Assembly: GCA_903863295.1 (NCBI GenBank)
Contig: CAIPBM010000028.1
Span: forward strand, 45,050-109,049
Length of the DNA: 64,000 bases
Direction: 5' to 3'
From: an uncultured Verrucomicrobiota bacterium
GTDB taxonomy: Bacteria > Verrucomicrobiota > Verrucomicrobiia > Methylacidiphilales > UBA1321
The notes under the pieces are model-generated. The model ran no database searches. It saw only the letters and a list, made by a program, of their open reading frames with translations, and was not told the DNA's origin. Positions within the stretch are counted from its first letter, which is position 1. Each line of letters begins with the position of its first letter. Both the position numbers and the translations under genes were made by a program. Positions 18,523 through 28,462 of this stretch are shown piece after piece.

Positions 18523-19593
18523 ATGTCGATTATTGAAGTGGCGAAAAAGGCAGGAGTTTCCTACGCAACGGCCTGGCGGGTGATCAACGGTAAATACAAC
18601 TTGTCCAGTGAAACAGCCGCCGCTGTCGAGCGTGCGATGACTGAGCTCAGCTTTTCCGTCGAAAATCGACGTCGCTTACGGCGCAACGTCGGCAAGGACA
18701 AGGCCGTCGAAACGGTCGCCCTGCTCCATTTCCGTCCGGTAACCACCCTCGGTAATTCCATCCTTTATCTCGTGCAAAAATGCCTGGCGGCCGAGGGGAT
18801 TAACCTGGTCTTTGCCCATGTGCAAAATGAAAATGAGATTCCGCCCGCCGTCAGGAAAGGGGAGGTCCACGGCATCCTCGGCTACGGGGAAATGCCGGAA
18901 GCGTGGATCACCGAGAGTTTAAAGAAAACCCCCGCCGTCTGGATGATGAGCACCTCCTCCCCGCATCCCGATGTCTGGGGGGACCGCGTCTCGCCGGATA
19001 ATTATGGGATCGGCACCCTGGCCGGAAAATACCTCATGGATCGCGGCCACCGGCACGTGGCCATGATGGGAACGAACGACAATTTCAGCTCTTACGGCCT
19101 CTCGCAGAGATGGTACGGCTTCCAGGCCGCCGCCTTCGGAAAATCCGATTCGGTTCACTCCATTTCCGCGCTCCAGGATAGTGAAGCCTCCTCCCAGGTC
19201 ATGCGCTCCTTAAGGCAAAAGGGGACGCCAGGAATTGAGCTCGGTAGTGCCCAACTCGCGGGAACGGCGGAAAAGTTGGTCGACCAGTGGCTGGCCCTGA
19301 AACCACGCCCCACAGGCATATTCATCTCGGTGGATCGCCTGCTCGTCGCCGTTTACGAGGTCTTGTACAACCGGGGCATCAAGATTGATCGCAATTTCGA
19401 TGTCGTCTCCTGCGACTATGAGCAGAACCTCGGGCAACATTTGCGTCCCAAGCCCGGTTGGATCGACCTGAACCGCGGGCAGATCGCCCAGTGGGCGGTC
19501 GAGCGTTTGATCTGGCAGATGAATAGCGGCAAGGTCTCATCGAATATGCTCATCTCCGTCTTCCCGTCGCTCCATTTGCCGACGGAGTCTTAG
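18523..19593 (+). CDS. LacI-family transcriptional regulator
   Basis: N-terminal HTH MSIIEVAKKAGVSYATAWRVINGKYNLSSETAAAVERAM, followed by a periplasmic-binding-protein-like sugar-binding fold. Confidence 0.85.
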   Translation: MSIIEVAKKAGVSYATAWRVINGKYNLSSETAAAVERAMTELSFSVENRRRLRRNVGKDKAVETVALLHFRPVTTLGNSILYLVQKCLAAEGINLVFAHVQNENEIPPAVRKGEVHGILGYGEMPEAWITESLKKTPAVWMMSTSSPHPDVWGDRVSPDNYGIGTLAGKYLMDRGHRHVAMMGTNDNFSSYGLSQRWYGFQAAAFGKSDSVHSISALQDSEASSQVMRSLRQKGTPGIELGSAQLAGTAEKLVDQWLALKPRPTGIFISVDRLLVAVYEVLYNRGIKIDRNFDVVSCDYEQNLGQHLRPKPGWIDLNRGQIAQWAVERLIWQMNSGKVSSNMLISVFPSLHLPTES

Positions 19594-19623
19594 CCTCGGC
19601 GCAAATTCGTCATCAGGTCACCT

Positions 19624-19648
19624 CGCTCCCAAGTTGCACTTGGGAGCG
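19624..19648. repeat. Perfect 25-bp palindrome CGCTCCCAAGTTGCACTTGGGAGCG, copy 1 of a dispersed intergenic palindrome family, 31 nt downstream of the lacI-family gene
   Basis: The sequence is self-complementary. The flanks, CCTCG on the left and CTTCCTGTTCC on the right, are shared with the copies at 57574 and 61872. Confidence 0.75.
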
Positions 19649-19960
19649 CTTCCTGTTCCTCGCGAAATTTCATTCCGCGCGAACTGGAACCGTCCTACGG
19701 GCGAGATCGTCAATGATCTTGCCTCTGTAAGTTGTTTTCTAAGTGATCCATAGGAGCGGCGAGGTCGTTTTTATGCCCCTTCGCGAAAGCGTCTACCACG
19801 AGAACTTGTCCCACCCTGGCCGTGAAGTCAGGCCACCTGGCAAAATATTTTTAGCTTTGGCGAAAATTTTCCTCCACATCGGAAATATCTCCTAACCAAT
19901 AAGTTGCCTGCGACGATTCCTGTGCGATTTTAGGAATGAAAATTGCAATCGCTATTTCTG

Positions 19961-19989
19961 TTGACAGAAAACTAATCAGAGAATAATCT
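19961..19989 (+). promoter_or_regulatory. Candidate sigma70-like promoter upstream of the PEP-CTERM protein gene (-35 TTGACA, then an A/T-rich -10 region GAATAATCT)
   Basis: Perfect TTGACA at 19961-19966. ATAAT lies 15-17 nt downstream, about 25 nt before the ATG at 20010. Confidence 0.35.
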
Positions 19990-20009
19990 CGGAATAACTG
20001 AAGAATATC

Positions 20010-23000
20010 ATGAAAATACTCAACTCGCTTTTTACCACTCTCGCGCTGGCCGTTGTTTCCGCTGGCTTCTTCTCTGGCGGCACCCTACTCGCGGACACAA
20101 CCGAAACGACCTGGAATGGTGCGGGAACCGCTTGGGGTACTGGATCCAACTGGGCGAATGGTACGGGAACTTCCTCCACCGTAAGCGCCGAGTTCAATTC
20201 AAGCTTCAGCAATCAGCCCACCTTGGGGAGCACGGCGGCAACCACTCAGGGCATTTGGTTGACCACCGGCGTGAGCGGCACGACGACCATCGGTGGCACG
20301 GCCACTTTGACCCTCACGGGCACGGCTACGCTTAATTCGCAAGCCAATGCCGGCATCTACATGAACGATGCGAACAACAATAGCCTGACTATTAATGCTC
20401 CGATCACGCTTAGCAATGCCACCGGCTTTTATAACATGGAAAGTTCCTCTGGTACGCTCACCATCGCAGGCGGGCTGAACCTCAACGGCAAGGCGTTGAC
20501 CCTCGGCTCACTCACAGCTCCGGGTACGGGCAATATCACGATCAGCGGTAATATCACCGGTGGTGCTGGCACGCTCGGCATTTACAACACGGGAACAACG
20601 ACCCTTTCTGGTACCAATAGTTTCACCGGTCTAACCACGATTTTTGCGGGGGCTACGGTGATTGCTCAGGGCACTTCCGGCACGGGTGGTCTTACAGTTG
20701 GCGGGAGCACGAATGCCACGCTTGAACTCAATAATTCCACGGCCAACAACGGCGGTATCTCGACGGGTACGCTCACCTTGAACGTGGCAACGATCCAAAA
20801 CATCTATAGTTCAGCTGTGACGCTCTCCAACACCTCCACGATGTCGGGGAATGTTACCTTCTCCGGCACCCAGGCCATTACCCTCAGTGGTGTGATGACG
20901 GAAACGAATGCGAAAATTTTGACCAATAATGTCACCAACGGTCTAACCTTCTCGGCGGCCAACTTCTACCTCGCTAACGCGACTGGCTCGGGTTTAACGA
21001 CAACCTTGACTGGTTCGGGTAACACTACTTTTAGCAGCGCGATTAGCGATTATAGTGGAGGTCTTGGCACCAAGGGTGACGGTCTGACCATCACGAACAC
21101 GGGCACAACCACGTTGTCCGGCAGTAATGCCTTCGGCGGAGCCAGCGGTGGCACTGCCGGGACTTTGACGATTAATGCTGTGACCGGCACCGTCGTCCTC
21201 TCAGGTTCCAACAGCTCGCCAATTGGAACTACCACGCTCACTTCGGGTACCTTACAGCTTCAAAATAGCAGCAACGGTGGGTTGGCAGGGGGGGCTTTTA
21301 ACCTCAATGGTGGCACCCTGCAAAATACCTTCACAACGGGCCTGACGGTAACGAGCCCGGTAACTTTGGGCGGGAACGTGACGATCTCTGGTTCCCAAGA
21401 TTTAACCTTCAGCGGTGCTTTTACTCAATCCCTTAATAATCGGACGCTCACAATTAATAATACGGGAAACACTGCTCTCACGGGTGGTAATCTTTATCTC
21501 TCAGAGGCGACTGGAACGGGGCGTATTCTCACCTTTGCTGGAAGCGGTAATCTGACCATTGGCGATGTGATCGCGAATTTTAACGGCGGTGCAGGCACGG
21601 CGAGCTCCATTGTCTACGGCACCACTGGAACGGTGAATGTTTCCGGCGCGAATACCTACTCGGGCACCACCACGGTAAGTTCCGGTACGGTCGTGGCGGG
21701 TATCTCCAATTCAGGAACCACGAGCGGTGCTTTCGGACCTACCGGACTCGTTACGCTCGGTAACGCAGCCACAACGACGAATAATTCGTCCGTCTCACTG
21801 CAGAACGCGGGCTACACAGTCTCGAACGCGATCACGGTCGCCAATCAGGCCACTACGGGCGGCTACACCATCGGTGGCAGTACGGATAATGTCTCAACCT
21901 ACTCCGGGTTGATCACGGCCAACCAAAACGTGAGCATCACACAGGTGGCCAACGCCGGCAATAACGGCTCGCTCAATATCACCGGAGGTATCAGCGGCGG
22001 CAGCCAGAGCACCACCAAGACAATCACCTTTAACAATGCCGGTGCAGTCAATGTTTCAAGCACGGCCATCACCAATGGTACAGGCAGCAGTAAGATTGCC
22101 ATCGTTCAGGCCGGCTCCGGCACGACCACCTTGTCGACGGCCAATACCTTCACCGGTTCCGTCGCGATTAACAACGGTACGTTGGCCGTAACCACCGTCG
22201 GCACCGGCGCAGCCGCCCAGGGCCTCGGTGAAAACACCACGACGGCGGTCACCCTCGGTGTGGCGGGTGTTTCGTCCGGTACATTGAAGTACACCGGCTC
22301 AGGCGGTACCTTGGACAAGAACATCTCCGCGCTCGGTAACGGTAACGATACCATCCAGAATGCGGGTACGGGTGTCCTGACCCTCTCCGGTTCGCTGGTC
22401 AAGAACGGTACGGTATTGACCCTCAACGGTGGTACCAGCGGCATCAACGTCACGGGTGTGATTAGCGGCTCGGCGGCCAACTCCGATCTCGATGTTGTCA
22501 ATGGCCCGGTCACGCTCTCAAACTTGGAGACCTACAACGGCCCGACCAACATCTTTAACGGCGGCACGCTGATCGACAACGTGAGTGGCGGCGCACTGCC
22601 GACGGGAACAACCGTGAACATCGGCTCCGGATCGACCGGCGGTACCTTGGACCTCAACGGAAATAATCAATCGATCACCGGTCTCAACTCGGTCGGAACC
22701 GCCACCTCAAGCGACATCGTCACCAACAACGGTGGTGGCACGGCCACCCTGACCATCACGGGCTCGGGCACATTCGCGGGTATCATTCAGGATGGCTCGG
22801 GCGGCACCAATGTGAAAGTGACCAGCGGCACGGAATACCTGACTGGCGCCAACACCTACACCGGCACCACGACGCTCTCCGGCGGTACCACCTACATCAA
22901 CGGCAGTAACACCTCGGGTGCGGTCAACGTCAGCAGCGGTGCAACGTTGGCGGGCTCCGGCACGATCAAGCCGGGTGGCGGCACGGCGGGTGTCACGTTG

Positions 23001-23669
23001 AACACCGGCGCCAATCTGAGTTCAGGTGGGGTTCAGACCAGCGACGCGACGCACTACACGGTAACGGGCCCGGGCCTGACCCTCGATAACACCTCGCTCA
23101 CCGACACGATCCTCAATGCCAGCGCGGGCACGACGCTGACCTTCTCGCTCGGTGCAGGCGCCTCGACTGGCGCCCTGAATTTTGTCAGCCCGAACTTGAA
23201 CTCGACCTACCTGAAGATCCTCGGCAACACCTCTGGCGAGGTCAATTTTGGTACCGGCGCTGCCATCAGCATTCACCTTGTTGACTTGACGGCCTACCAA
23301 GCTATCAACAGCGTGAACGCACTCGCCCTGCGGGTGAACAATCCCTTCCTTCTCATTCAGGCGGGGGCGAACAGTGACTACGCCAACTTGGTCACCTCGA
23401 TCGACGGTACGGCGGCCAACGCCACCCTCGGTGGAAACGGCTACGTCCTTGGCGTCGGCAGCTCGACGACCAGCTACACGGCCTTTAATATCGGAGCCTA
23501 CGATATCAACGGCAATCCGATCACTGGCTCGGCCCAGTACAATGGATTGGCGCTCTACCTCTATAACGGCGATCTCGAAGTCGTTCCTGAGCCTTCGACT
23601 TGGGCGATGATTCTTGGTGGCTTTGCCCTCTTGATTGTGATCCAGCGCCGCAAAAACAAGATCAGCTAA
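20010..23669 (+). CDS. PEP-CTERM sorting-signal protein with autotransporter-associated beta-strand repeats (large surface protein)
   Basis: Signal peptide, then dozens of degenerate TxTLSGxNTYTGxTT repeats. C-terminal VPEPSTWAMILGGFALLIVIQRRKNKIS is a PEP-CTERM motif plus TM helix plus basic tail. Total 1219 aa. Confidence 0.8.
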   Translation: MKILNSLFTTLALAVVSAGFFSGGTLLADTTETTWNGAGTAWGTGSNWANGTGTSSTVSAEFNSSFSNQPTLGSTAATTQGIWLTTGVSGTTTIGGTATLTLTGTATLNSQANAGIYMNDANNNSLTINAPITLSNATGFYNMESSSGTLTIAGGLNLNGKALTLGSLTAPGTGNITISGNITGGAGTLGIYNTGTTTLSGTNSFTGLTTIFAGATVIAQGTSGTGGLTVGGSTNATLELNNSTANNGGISTGTLTLNVATIQNIYSSAVTLSNTSTMSGNVTFSGTQAITLSGVMTETNAKILTNNVTNGLTFSAANFYLANATGSGLTTTLTGSGNTTFSSAISDYSGGLGTKGDGLTITNTGTTTLSGSNAFGGASGGTAGTLTINAVTGTVVLSGSNSSPIGTTTLTSGTLQLQNSSNGGLAGGAFNLNGGTLQNTFTTGLTVTSPVTLGGNVTISGSQDLTFSGAFTQSLNNRTLTINNTGNTALTGGNLYLSEATGTGRILTFAGSGNLTIGDVIANFNGGAGTASSIVYGTTGTVNVSGANTYSGTTTVSSGTVVAGISNSGTTSGAFGPTGLVTLGNAATTTNNSSVSLQNAGYTVSNAITVANQATTGGYTIGGSTDNVSTYSGLITANQNVSITQVANAGNNGSLNITGGISGGSQSTTKTITFNNAGAVNVSSTAITNGTGSSKIAIVQAGSGTTTLSTANTFTGSVAINNGTLAVTTVGTGAAAQGLGENTTTAVTLGVAGVSSGTLKYTGSGGTLDKNISALGNGNDTIQNAGTGVLTLSGSLVKNGTVLTLNGGTSGINVTGVISGSAANSDLDVVNGPVTLSNLETYNGPTNIFNGGTLIDNVSGGALPTGTTVNIGSGSTGGTLDLNGNNQSITGLNSVGTATSSDIVTNNGGGTATLTITGSGTFAGIIQDGSGGTNVKVTSGTEYLTGANTYTGTTTLSGGTTYINGSNTSGAVNVSSGATLAGSGTIKPGGGTAGVTLNTGANLSSGGVQTSDATHYTVTGPGLTLDNTSLTDTILNASAGTTLTFSLGAGASTGALNFVSPNLNSTYLKILGNTSGEVNFGTGAAISIHLVDLTAYQAINSVNALALRVNNPFLLIQAGANSDYANLVTSIDGTAANATLGGNGYVLGVGSSTTSYTAFNIGAYDINGNPITGSAQYNGLALYLYNGDLEVVPEPSTWAMILGGFALLIVIQRRKNKIS

Positions 23670-23696
23670 ATTACAGATCCATTCCTAATGATTGAT

Positions 23697-23726
23697 CATC
23701 TGCTTCGGTTCGAAACCGGGCAGATG
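23697..23726 (+). terminator. Candidate intrinsic terminator hairpin after the PEP-CTERM gene (CATCTGC-N16-GCAGATG, then an A/T-rich stretch)
   Basis: A 7-bp perfect stem whose loop is itself near-palindromic (CGGTTCGAAACCG). It is followed by TGAAACGAAATTTGAAAT. Confidence 0.35.
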
Positions 23727-23851
23727 TGAAACGAAATTTGAAATCCCGGAATCATCCATGCCAATGACCCGGGGCATTGAGACATGATTCCTTCCGGCCT
23801 CTGCTCAACCAAATTTGGCTCTTTTTCGCGTCGCGAAACCACCGGGCAGAG

Positions 23852-24853
23852 ATGAAATCTAAAAAGCGCAAAGCTGCCATATTTTGCAACCTTCAGGAAA
23901 GGTTGAACCGGGTCTACACCACCCGCCATCGCCGCCAAATCGAAGAGCGGACCGACTGCTATCCAGTGATCATCACCTCGGAAAACTTCGGACAGCACGC
24001 CCCCTACCTGGAGGACTTGGAGGTCATCTTTACCACTTGGGGAATGCCGGTTCTGAGTGCAGGGGAAATCGAGCGCCTCCCCGCACTCCGGGCGGTTTTC
24101 TATGCCGCGGGTTCCGTCCAATCTTTTGCCCGGCCCTTTCTCGAGAGGAATATACTCATCTTCAGCGCCTGGGCGGCAAACGCCATACCGGTGGCAGAAT
24201 TCACCCTCGCGCAAATTCTCCTTTCCAATAAGGGCTACTTCAGGAACTCCAGTGAAAGCCGGTTCCGCAGCGATGCCGACCGGGCTTTTTTAGGGCGCGG
24301 AAATTATGGAGAATCGGTGGCGCTCCTGGGGGCTGGTCAGATTGGTCAGCGGGTGATCAAGCTACTCCAGCCTTTTAACCTGAAAGTCTTGGTTTTTGAT
24401 CCTTTTCTACCAGAAGACTCGGCCGAGATGCTGGGCGTCACCCGCGTGACGCTGGAGGAGGCATTCCAGGAATCCTACGTCGTCTCGAATCACCTGGCCA
24501 ACCTGCCCCCCACGCACAAGATGCTCCGGGGCGCCCACTTCGCCTCGATGAGAAAAGATGCGACCTTCATCAATACCGGACGGGCCCAGACGGTTCACCA
24601 AGTCGAGATGGTCAAGGTGTTGGAAGAGCGTCCCGATCTGCTGGCCTTGCTCGACGTCTATCATTATCCGGATGAGGCGGGTGATCGCCTGCATCAACTC
24701 AGCAATGTCCGCCTGACCACGCACATCGCCGGCTCCATGCACGACGAGCAGCACCGGATGGCCGACTGGATGATTGACGAATTTATCAATTGGAGCCAGA
24801 AGAACACGGCCCGCTATCAAGTTAGTCTTGAGATGTTGGCCACCATGGCTTAA
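23852..24853 (+). CDS. D-isomer-specific 2-hydroxyacid dehydrogenase family protein (NAD-binding)
   Basis: Rossmann motif LLGAGQIGQRVIKLL. Catalytic-domain blocks resemble glycerate/phosphoglycerate dehydrogenases. An in-frame ATG at 23852 (MKSKKRK..) is more plausible than the ORF-track start at 23777. Confidence 0.6.
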   Translation: MKSKKRKAAIFCNLQERLNRVYTTRHRRQIEERTDCYPVIITSENFGQHAPYLEDLEVIFTTWGMPVLSAGEIERLPALRAVFYAAGSVQSFARPFLERNILIFSAWAANAIPVAEFTLAQILLSNKGYFRNSSESRFRSDADRAFLGRGNYGESVALLGAGQIGQRVIKLLQPFNLKVLVFDPFLPEDSAEMLGVTRVTLEEAFQESYVVSNHLANLPPTHKMLRGAHFASMRKDATFINTGRAQTVHQVEMVKVLEERPDLLALLDVYHYPDEAGDRLHQLSNVRLTTHIAGSMHDEQHRMADWMIDEFINWSQKNTARYQVSLEMLATMA

Positions 24854-24913
24854 AGCGGTGCCAGTCATTTTGCGTCTCCCTTTCAGGCTGACTACGCAAG
24901 TAAGGAGAACGTT

Positions 24914-27385
24914 TTAGATATCCAGGACGTAGGTCTCGAGATCGACCAGGATTTCGCGCGGCTTGGCCCCTTCGCCGGGAGCGATGACGCCGACTTTCTC
25001 GAGGTAATCGATGACATAGGCCGCGCGGTTGTAGCCGAGGCGCAAGCGCCGCTGCAGGTTCGAGGTGCTGGCCCGCTTTTCCTGCCGGATCACCTCAAAG
25101 CATTCGAGAATGAGCTGCTTGTCTTCTTCGCTGACTTCCATGTCGGCGGGGGCTTTGCCGCTGAGCTTGTTGTGAATCTCGGGCACAAACTCAGCTTCGG
25201 CCTGGTCTCCGACGAACTTGACCACGGCCTGAACTTCCTCGTCGGAGACGAAGGCTCCCTGGCCACGGGTCAATCCGGCCACGCCGGGTGGGCGGTAAAG
25301 CAGGTCGCCTTTGCCGAGGAGATTTTCCGCGCCGTTTTCATCGAGGATGACGCGCGAATCGAGTCCACTCGGCACTTGGAAGGCGATGCGGGCCGGGATG
25401 TTGGTCTTGATGACGCCGGTGACGACTTCACGGCGTGGGGTCTGGGTCGCCACGATGAGATGGATCCCGGCGGCGCGGGCTTTCGCCGTGAGGCGGGCGA
25501 TGGCGCTTTCGACATCTGCGGGGGCGGTCTGCATGAGATCGGCCAACTCATCAACGATGACGACGATGTAGGGCAGGCGGTCGGGGATCACCAGATCGTC
25601 CTCGCGAGGCACGCGAATGGGAGGGCGGTTCATGTCGTCGAGCTCCTCTTCCTCCTCGTCCTCAGAGTCGTCGACATGGACGTGGAGGAATTCCATCTGC
25701 GGCGATTCCTCGGCGGGCTTCGCTTCTTCGCGGGTGCGGCTGTTGAAGCTGGCGATGTTGCGCACGCCGACCTTGGCCAGAATCTTGTAGCGCTTTTCCA
25801 TCTCGTTGATGACCCAGCGCAAGGCGAGCATGACCTTCTTCGGATCGGTGACGACCGGGACGACGAGATGCGGGATGGAATTGTAGACCTGCATTTCGAC
25901 CTGCTTGGGATCGATCAAGATGAGCCGCAATTCGTCCGGGGTAAACCGATAGAGGAAGCTCATCAGGATGCAGTTGATGCAGACCGATTTTCCGGAACCC
26001 GTCGTGCCGCCGATGAGCATGTGGGGCATGGCGGCGAGATCGGCCACCAGCGTCTTGCCATAGACGTCCTTGCCGAGGGCGATGGGAATCTTGGCGTTCG
26101 TGTTGTTCCAGTCGCGGCTCTCGAGCAGTTCACGCAGGAAGACGGCGACCTTGTTCGAGTTCGGAATCTCGATCCCGACGGTGTCCTTGCCGGGAATCGG
26201 GGCGAGGATGTTGATCCGCTCCGCGCGCAGCACGCGGGAGAGATCGCGGCCCAGGCTGCTGATCTTGTCAACGCGCACGCCCTTGCCGGGATAGACCTCG
26301 TAGCGGGTGATCGTCGCGCCGGGGGTGATCTCGCCAGGTGTGGCGGCGACGCCAAAGCGCTCCAGCGTCTCAATGATGAGATCGAGGTTGTTGTGGAGTT
26401 GCTCGTCGCTCAGGCCTGCATCGCGTGCCTTGCCCGCCGGGGCGCTCAGGAGCTGGACGGAGGGAAGCATGTAGTCGGGTACGAGGACGGAGGGGAGGGG
26501 AACGAATGGCTTGCTCGGCGCGGCTTTGGGAGTAGGAGGTTTGGTGGCCGATTTGGCCGCGGCGACAGGTGTGGGTTCCTCGATGTCCTCATCCGGACGG
26601 CGAATGGGGGCCCGGATGGGTTCAGCTTCCGGCGCCTCTTCGAGTTCATCTTCGACCACGACAGGAGCAGGTTCCAGCGCGGCTTTCTTTTCGAGCTCCT
26701 CGATCTTCTTTTTGACCCGGCGTTTCTGGATTTCGAGCTGCTCCTCTGGCGGTGCATTGGCCAGGCGTTCCTCTTCGCGGCGCATATTCCATTCGCGGTA
26801 CCAGGAGAACGCGTTGAGCACGGTGACGATCGGGTTGACGTTGAAAAGATAGACGGCGGAGATGCCGAAGACGGTGCCAAAAAGGATGGTTGAGCCGACG
26901 CTGTTGAGGGCGTAGGGAACGGTGAGCTGGATGATGGAGCCGCCGACCAGTCCGCCGGGGCTGTCGATATTGGCGAGGTGCTGGATCAGGTGCCAGCCGC
27001 CGAGATGCTGAAGGTTGAGAAGGGCGCAGCCGCTGACGAGAAAAAGCACAAGCCAGACCGGCTTCCAGAGCCAGTTGACCTGGATGCCGAGCAGATTGAC
27101 CAGGCAGCAGCAGAAAAAAAGGAGCGGGAAGAAATAGGCGCCAAAACCGAAGCCATAGTAGAGCACGCCCGCCAATCCGGCTCCCGCATACCCGATGAAA
27201 TTTGAGGGAATGGTATTGGACGGATAGACGTTAAAGCCAAGATCCGCCGGGTCGTATGAGATCAGGGAAAGCAGGGTGACGATGTAAAGCGAGAGCCAAA
27301 GAAACCCGATGACCTGCTTGAAGAGCGGAAGCTGGGCGAGATTTTTGGCCCAGGATGGATGAGACGCTGCGTCACTACTCGGCAT
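24914..27385 (-). CDS. ftsK: DNA translocase FtsK
   Basis: N-terminal polytopic membrane domain, Pro/Glu-rich linker, Walker A GGTTGSGKSVCIN, and the C-terminal winged-helix gamma domain LQRRLRLGYNRAAYVIDYLEKVGVI. Confidence 0.9.
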   Translation of the reverse strand: MPSSDAASHPSWAKNLAQLPLFKQVIGFLWLSLYIVTLLSLISYDPADLGFNVYPSNTIPSNFIGYAGAGLAGVLYYGFGFGAYFFPLLFFCCCLVNLLGIQVNWLWKPVWLVLFLVSGCALLNLQHLGGWHLIQHLANIDSPGGLVGGSIIQLTVPYALNSVGSTILFGTVFGISAVYLFNVNPIVTVLNAFSWYREWNMRREEERLANAPPEEQLEIQKRRVKKKIEELEKKAALEPAPVVVEDELEEAPEAEPIRAPIRRPDEDIEEPTPVAAAKSATKPPTPKAAPSKPFVPLPSVLVPDYMLPSVQLLSAPAGKARDAGLSDEQLHNNLDLIIETLERFGVAATPGEITPGATITRYEVYPGKGVRVDKISSLGRDLSRVLRAERINILAPIPGKDTVGIEIPNSNKVAVFLRELLESRDWNNTNAKIPIALGKDVYGKTLVADLAAMPHMLIGGTTGSGKSVCINCILMSFLYRFTPDELRLILIDPKQVEMQVYNSIPHLVVPVVTDPKKVMLALRWVINEMEKRYKILAKVGVRNIASFNSRTREEAKPAEESPQMEFLHVHVDDSEDEEEEELDDMNRPPIRVPREDDLVIPDRLPYIVVIVDELADLMQTAPADVESAIARLTAKARAAGIHLIVATQTPRREVVTGVIKTNIPARIAFQVPSGLDSRVILDENGAENLLGKGDLLYRPPGVAGLTRGQGAFVSDEEVQAVVKFVGDQAEAEFVPEIHNKLSGKAPADMEVSEEDKQLILECFEVIRQEKRASTSNLQRRLRLGYNRAAYVIDYLEKVGVIAPGEGAKPREILVDLETYVLDI

Positions 27386-27521
27386 GGGGAAGGCTAGCGA
27401 TTCGATTCGCCTGAGTCTATCCGAAAACGGAGACGAGAATCCTGGATGAGTTTCAAACTTCCCCTAATTAGTCTTTACCCGTGATCGACTCTTCCGTTGG
27501 GGCGCGGTTATCTTTTCCCGG

Positions 27522-28454
27522 ATGAAATTTCGGTGCACGATTATGCTCGCAGTCTTGTGCTGTTTTCCGGCTGAGGCGGAGGATTGGACCATCCAAGGCA
27601 GGGAGTACCACAATGTTGTTGTCCAGAACGTGACCGCGGACCACGTTGATATCAGTTTTGACGGGGGCGTCGGCAGTCCTCGTCTGGCCGATTTGCCTCC
27701 CGACCTGCAAAAGCGATTCAATTATCAGCCGCCAGACAGCGCCGCGGCGATGGAAGCCCGTGCGGCAGCCAGTGCGGAAATCGAGCGCGCGGCCGGCCAC
27801 ATTCTTCCGGTGAAAGTTGGCGAGACTGAAATCAAGCTCTCCGAGCCGCCTGGAATGACCGAATTGTCCAAGGACAATCCGATGTACCATTCGATTACGG
27901 ACATGACGCCAGACGACCTGGTTCTTTTGCGGACGTGCGTTTCCTCGGAGGCCCTTGAGGCTGAAAAAGCACCGGATACATCGGGTGACATCTTTTTTTC
28001 GCGAACGTTCTCCGTCAAGGAGGCCACGATGGATATCGACTACGGGAATTTCATCAATTTGGTGCAGAGGCTGGCTTTTGTGACCTCACATGGAGTACTA
28101 GTGTCGCAGGATTCCCCGGTTGATTTCATCGAAACGGAAAAGCGGCTCGATCAATTCCAGAAAGACACCGGTATCGCGGTCAAGGAGGATAGCGATGTCT
28201 ACTCCCTGGGCATGATTTCCCGCAGCGATGGATGCGTGGCCTATATGACGGCGCAGTATTTGAAAGCCACCGCCGGGGGAAAGACGGAACGGGAAAAGTG
28301 TGTCAACGTTGTGGCTTACCTCCTCCTGAAGAAGAAGCTCGTGATCGCGGTGATCTCACTAACGAAAAACATGATTTTACGAGGGGACCTTCAACCGCTT
28401 ATTCAAGAGGCCGAGAAATATCAACTCTCCCTGCAGAACTTGAATAACCAGTAA
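27522..28454 (+). CDS. Hypothetical secreted protein
   Basis: Signal peptide MKFRCTIMLAVLCCFPAEA. No recognisable motif. Visibly more A/T-rich than the flanking genes. Confidence 0.45.
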   Translation: MKFRCTIMLAVLCCFPAEAEDWTIQGREYHNVVVQNVTADHVDISFDGGVGSPRLADLPPDLQKRFNYQPPDSAAAMEARAAASAEIERAAGHILPVKVGETEIKLSEPPGMTELSKDNPMYHSITDMTPDDLVLLRTCVSSEALEAEKAPDTSGDIFFSRTFSVKEATMDIDYGNFINLVQRLAFVTSHGVLVSQDSPVDFIETEKRLDQFQKDTGIAVKEDSDVYSLGMISRSDGCVAYMTAQYLKATAGGKTEREKCVNVVAYLLLKKKLVIAVISLTKNMILRGDLQPLIQEAEKYQLSLQNLNNQ

Positions 28455-28462
28455 GAAGAGAC

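Noticed and set aside
23696-24214. 172-aa minus-strand ORF
   Set aside because: It overlaps the terminator hairpin and the start of the 2-hydroxyacid dehydrogenase gene. It has no motifs and a Gly/Arg/Pro-rich composition.
25172-26893. 573-aa plus-strand ORF
   Set aside because: It is antisense to ftsK, whose Walker A and gamma domain are unambiguous. It is a Gly/Asp/Arg-rich low-complexity translation typical of high-GC antisense frames.
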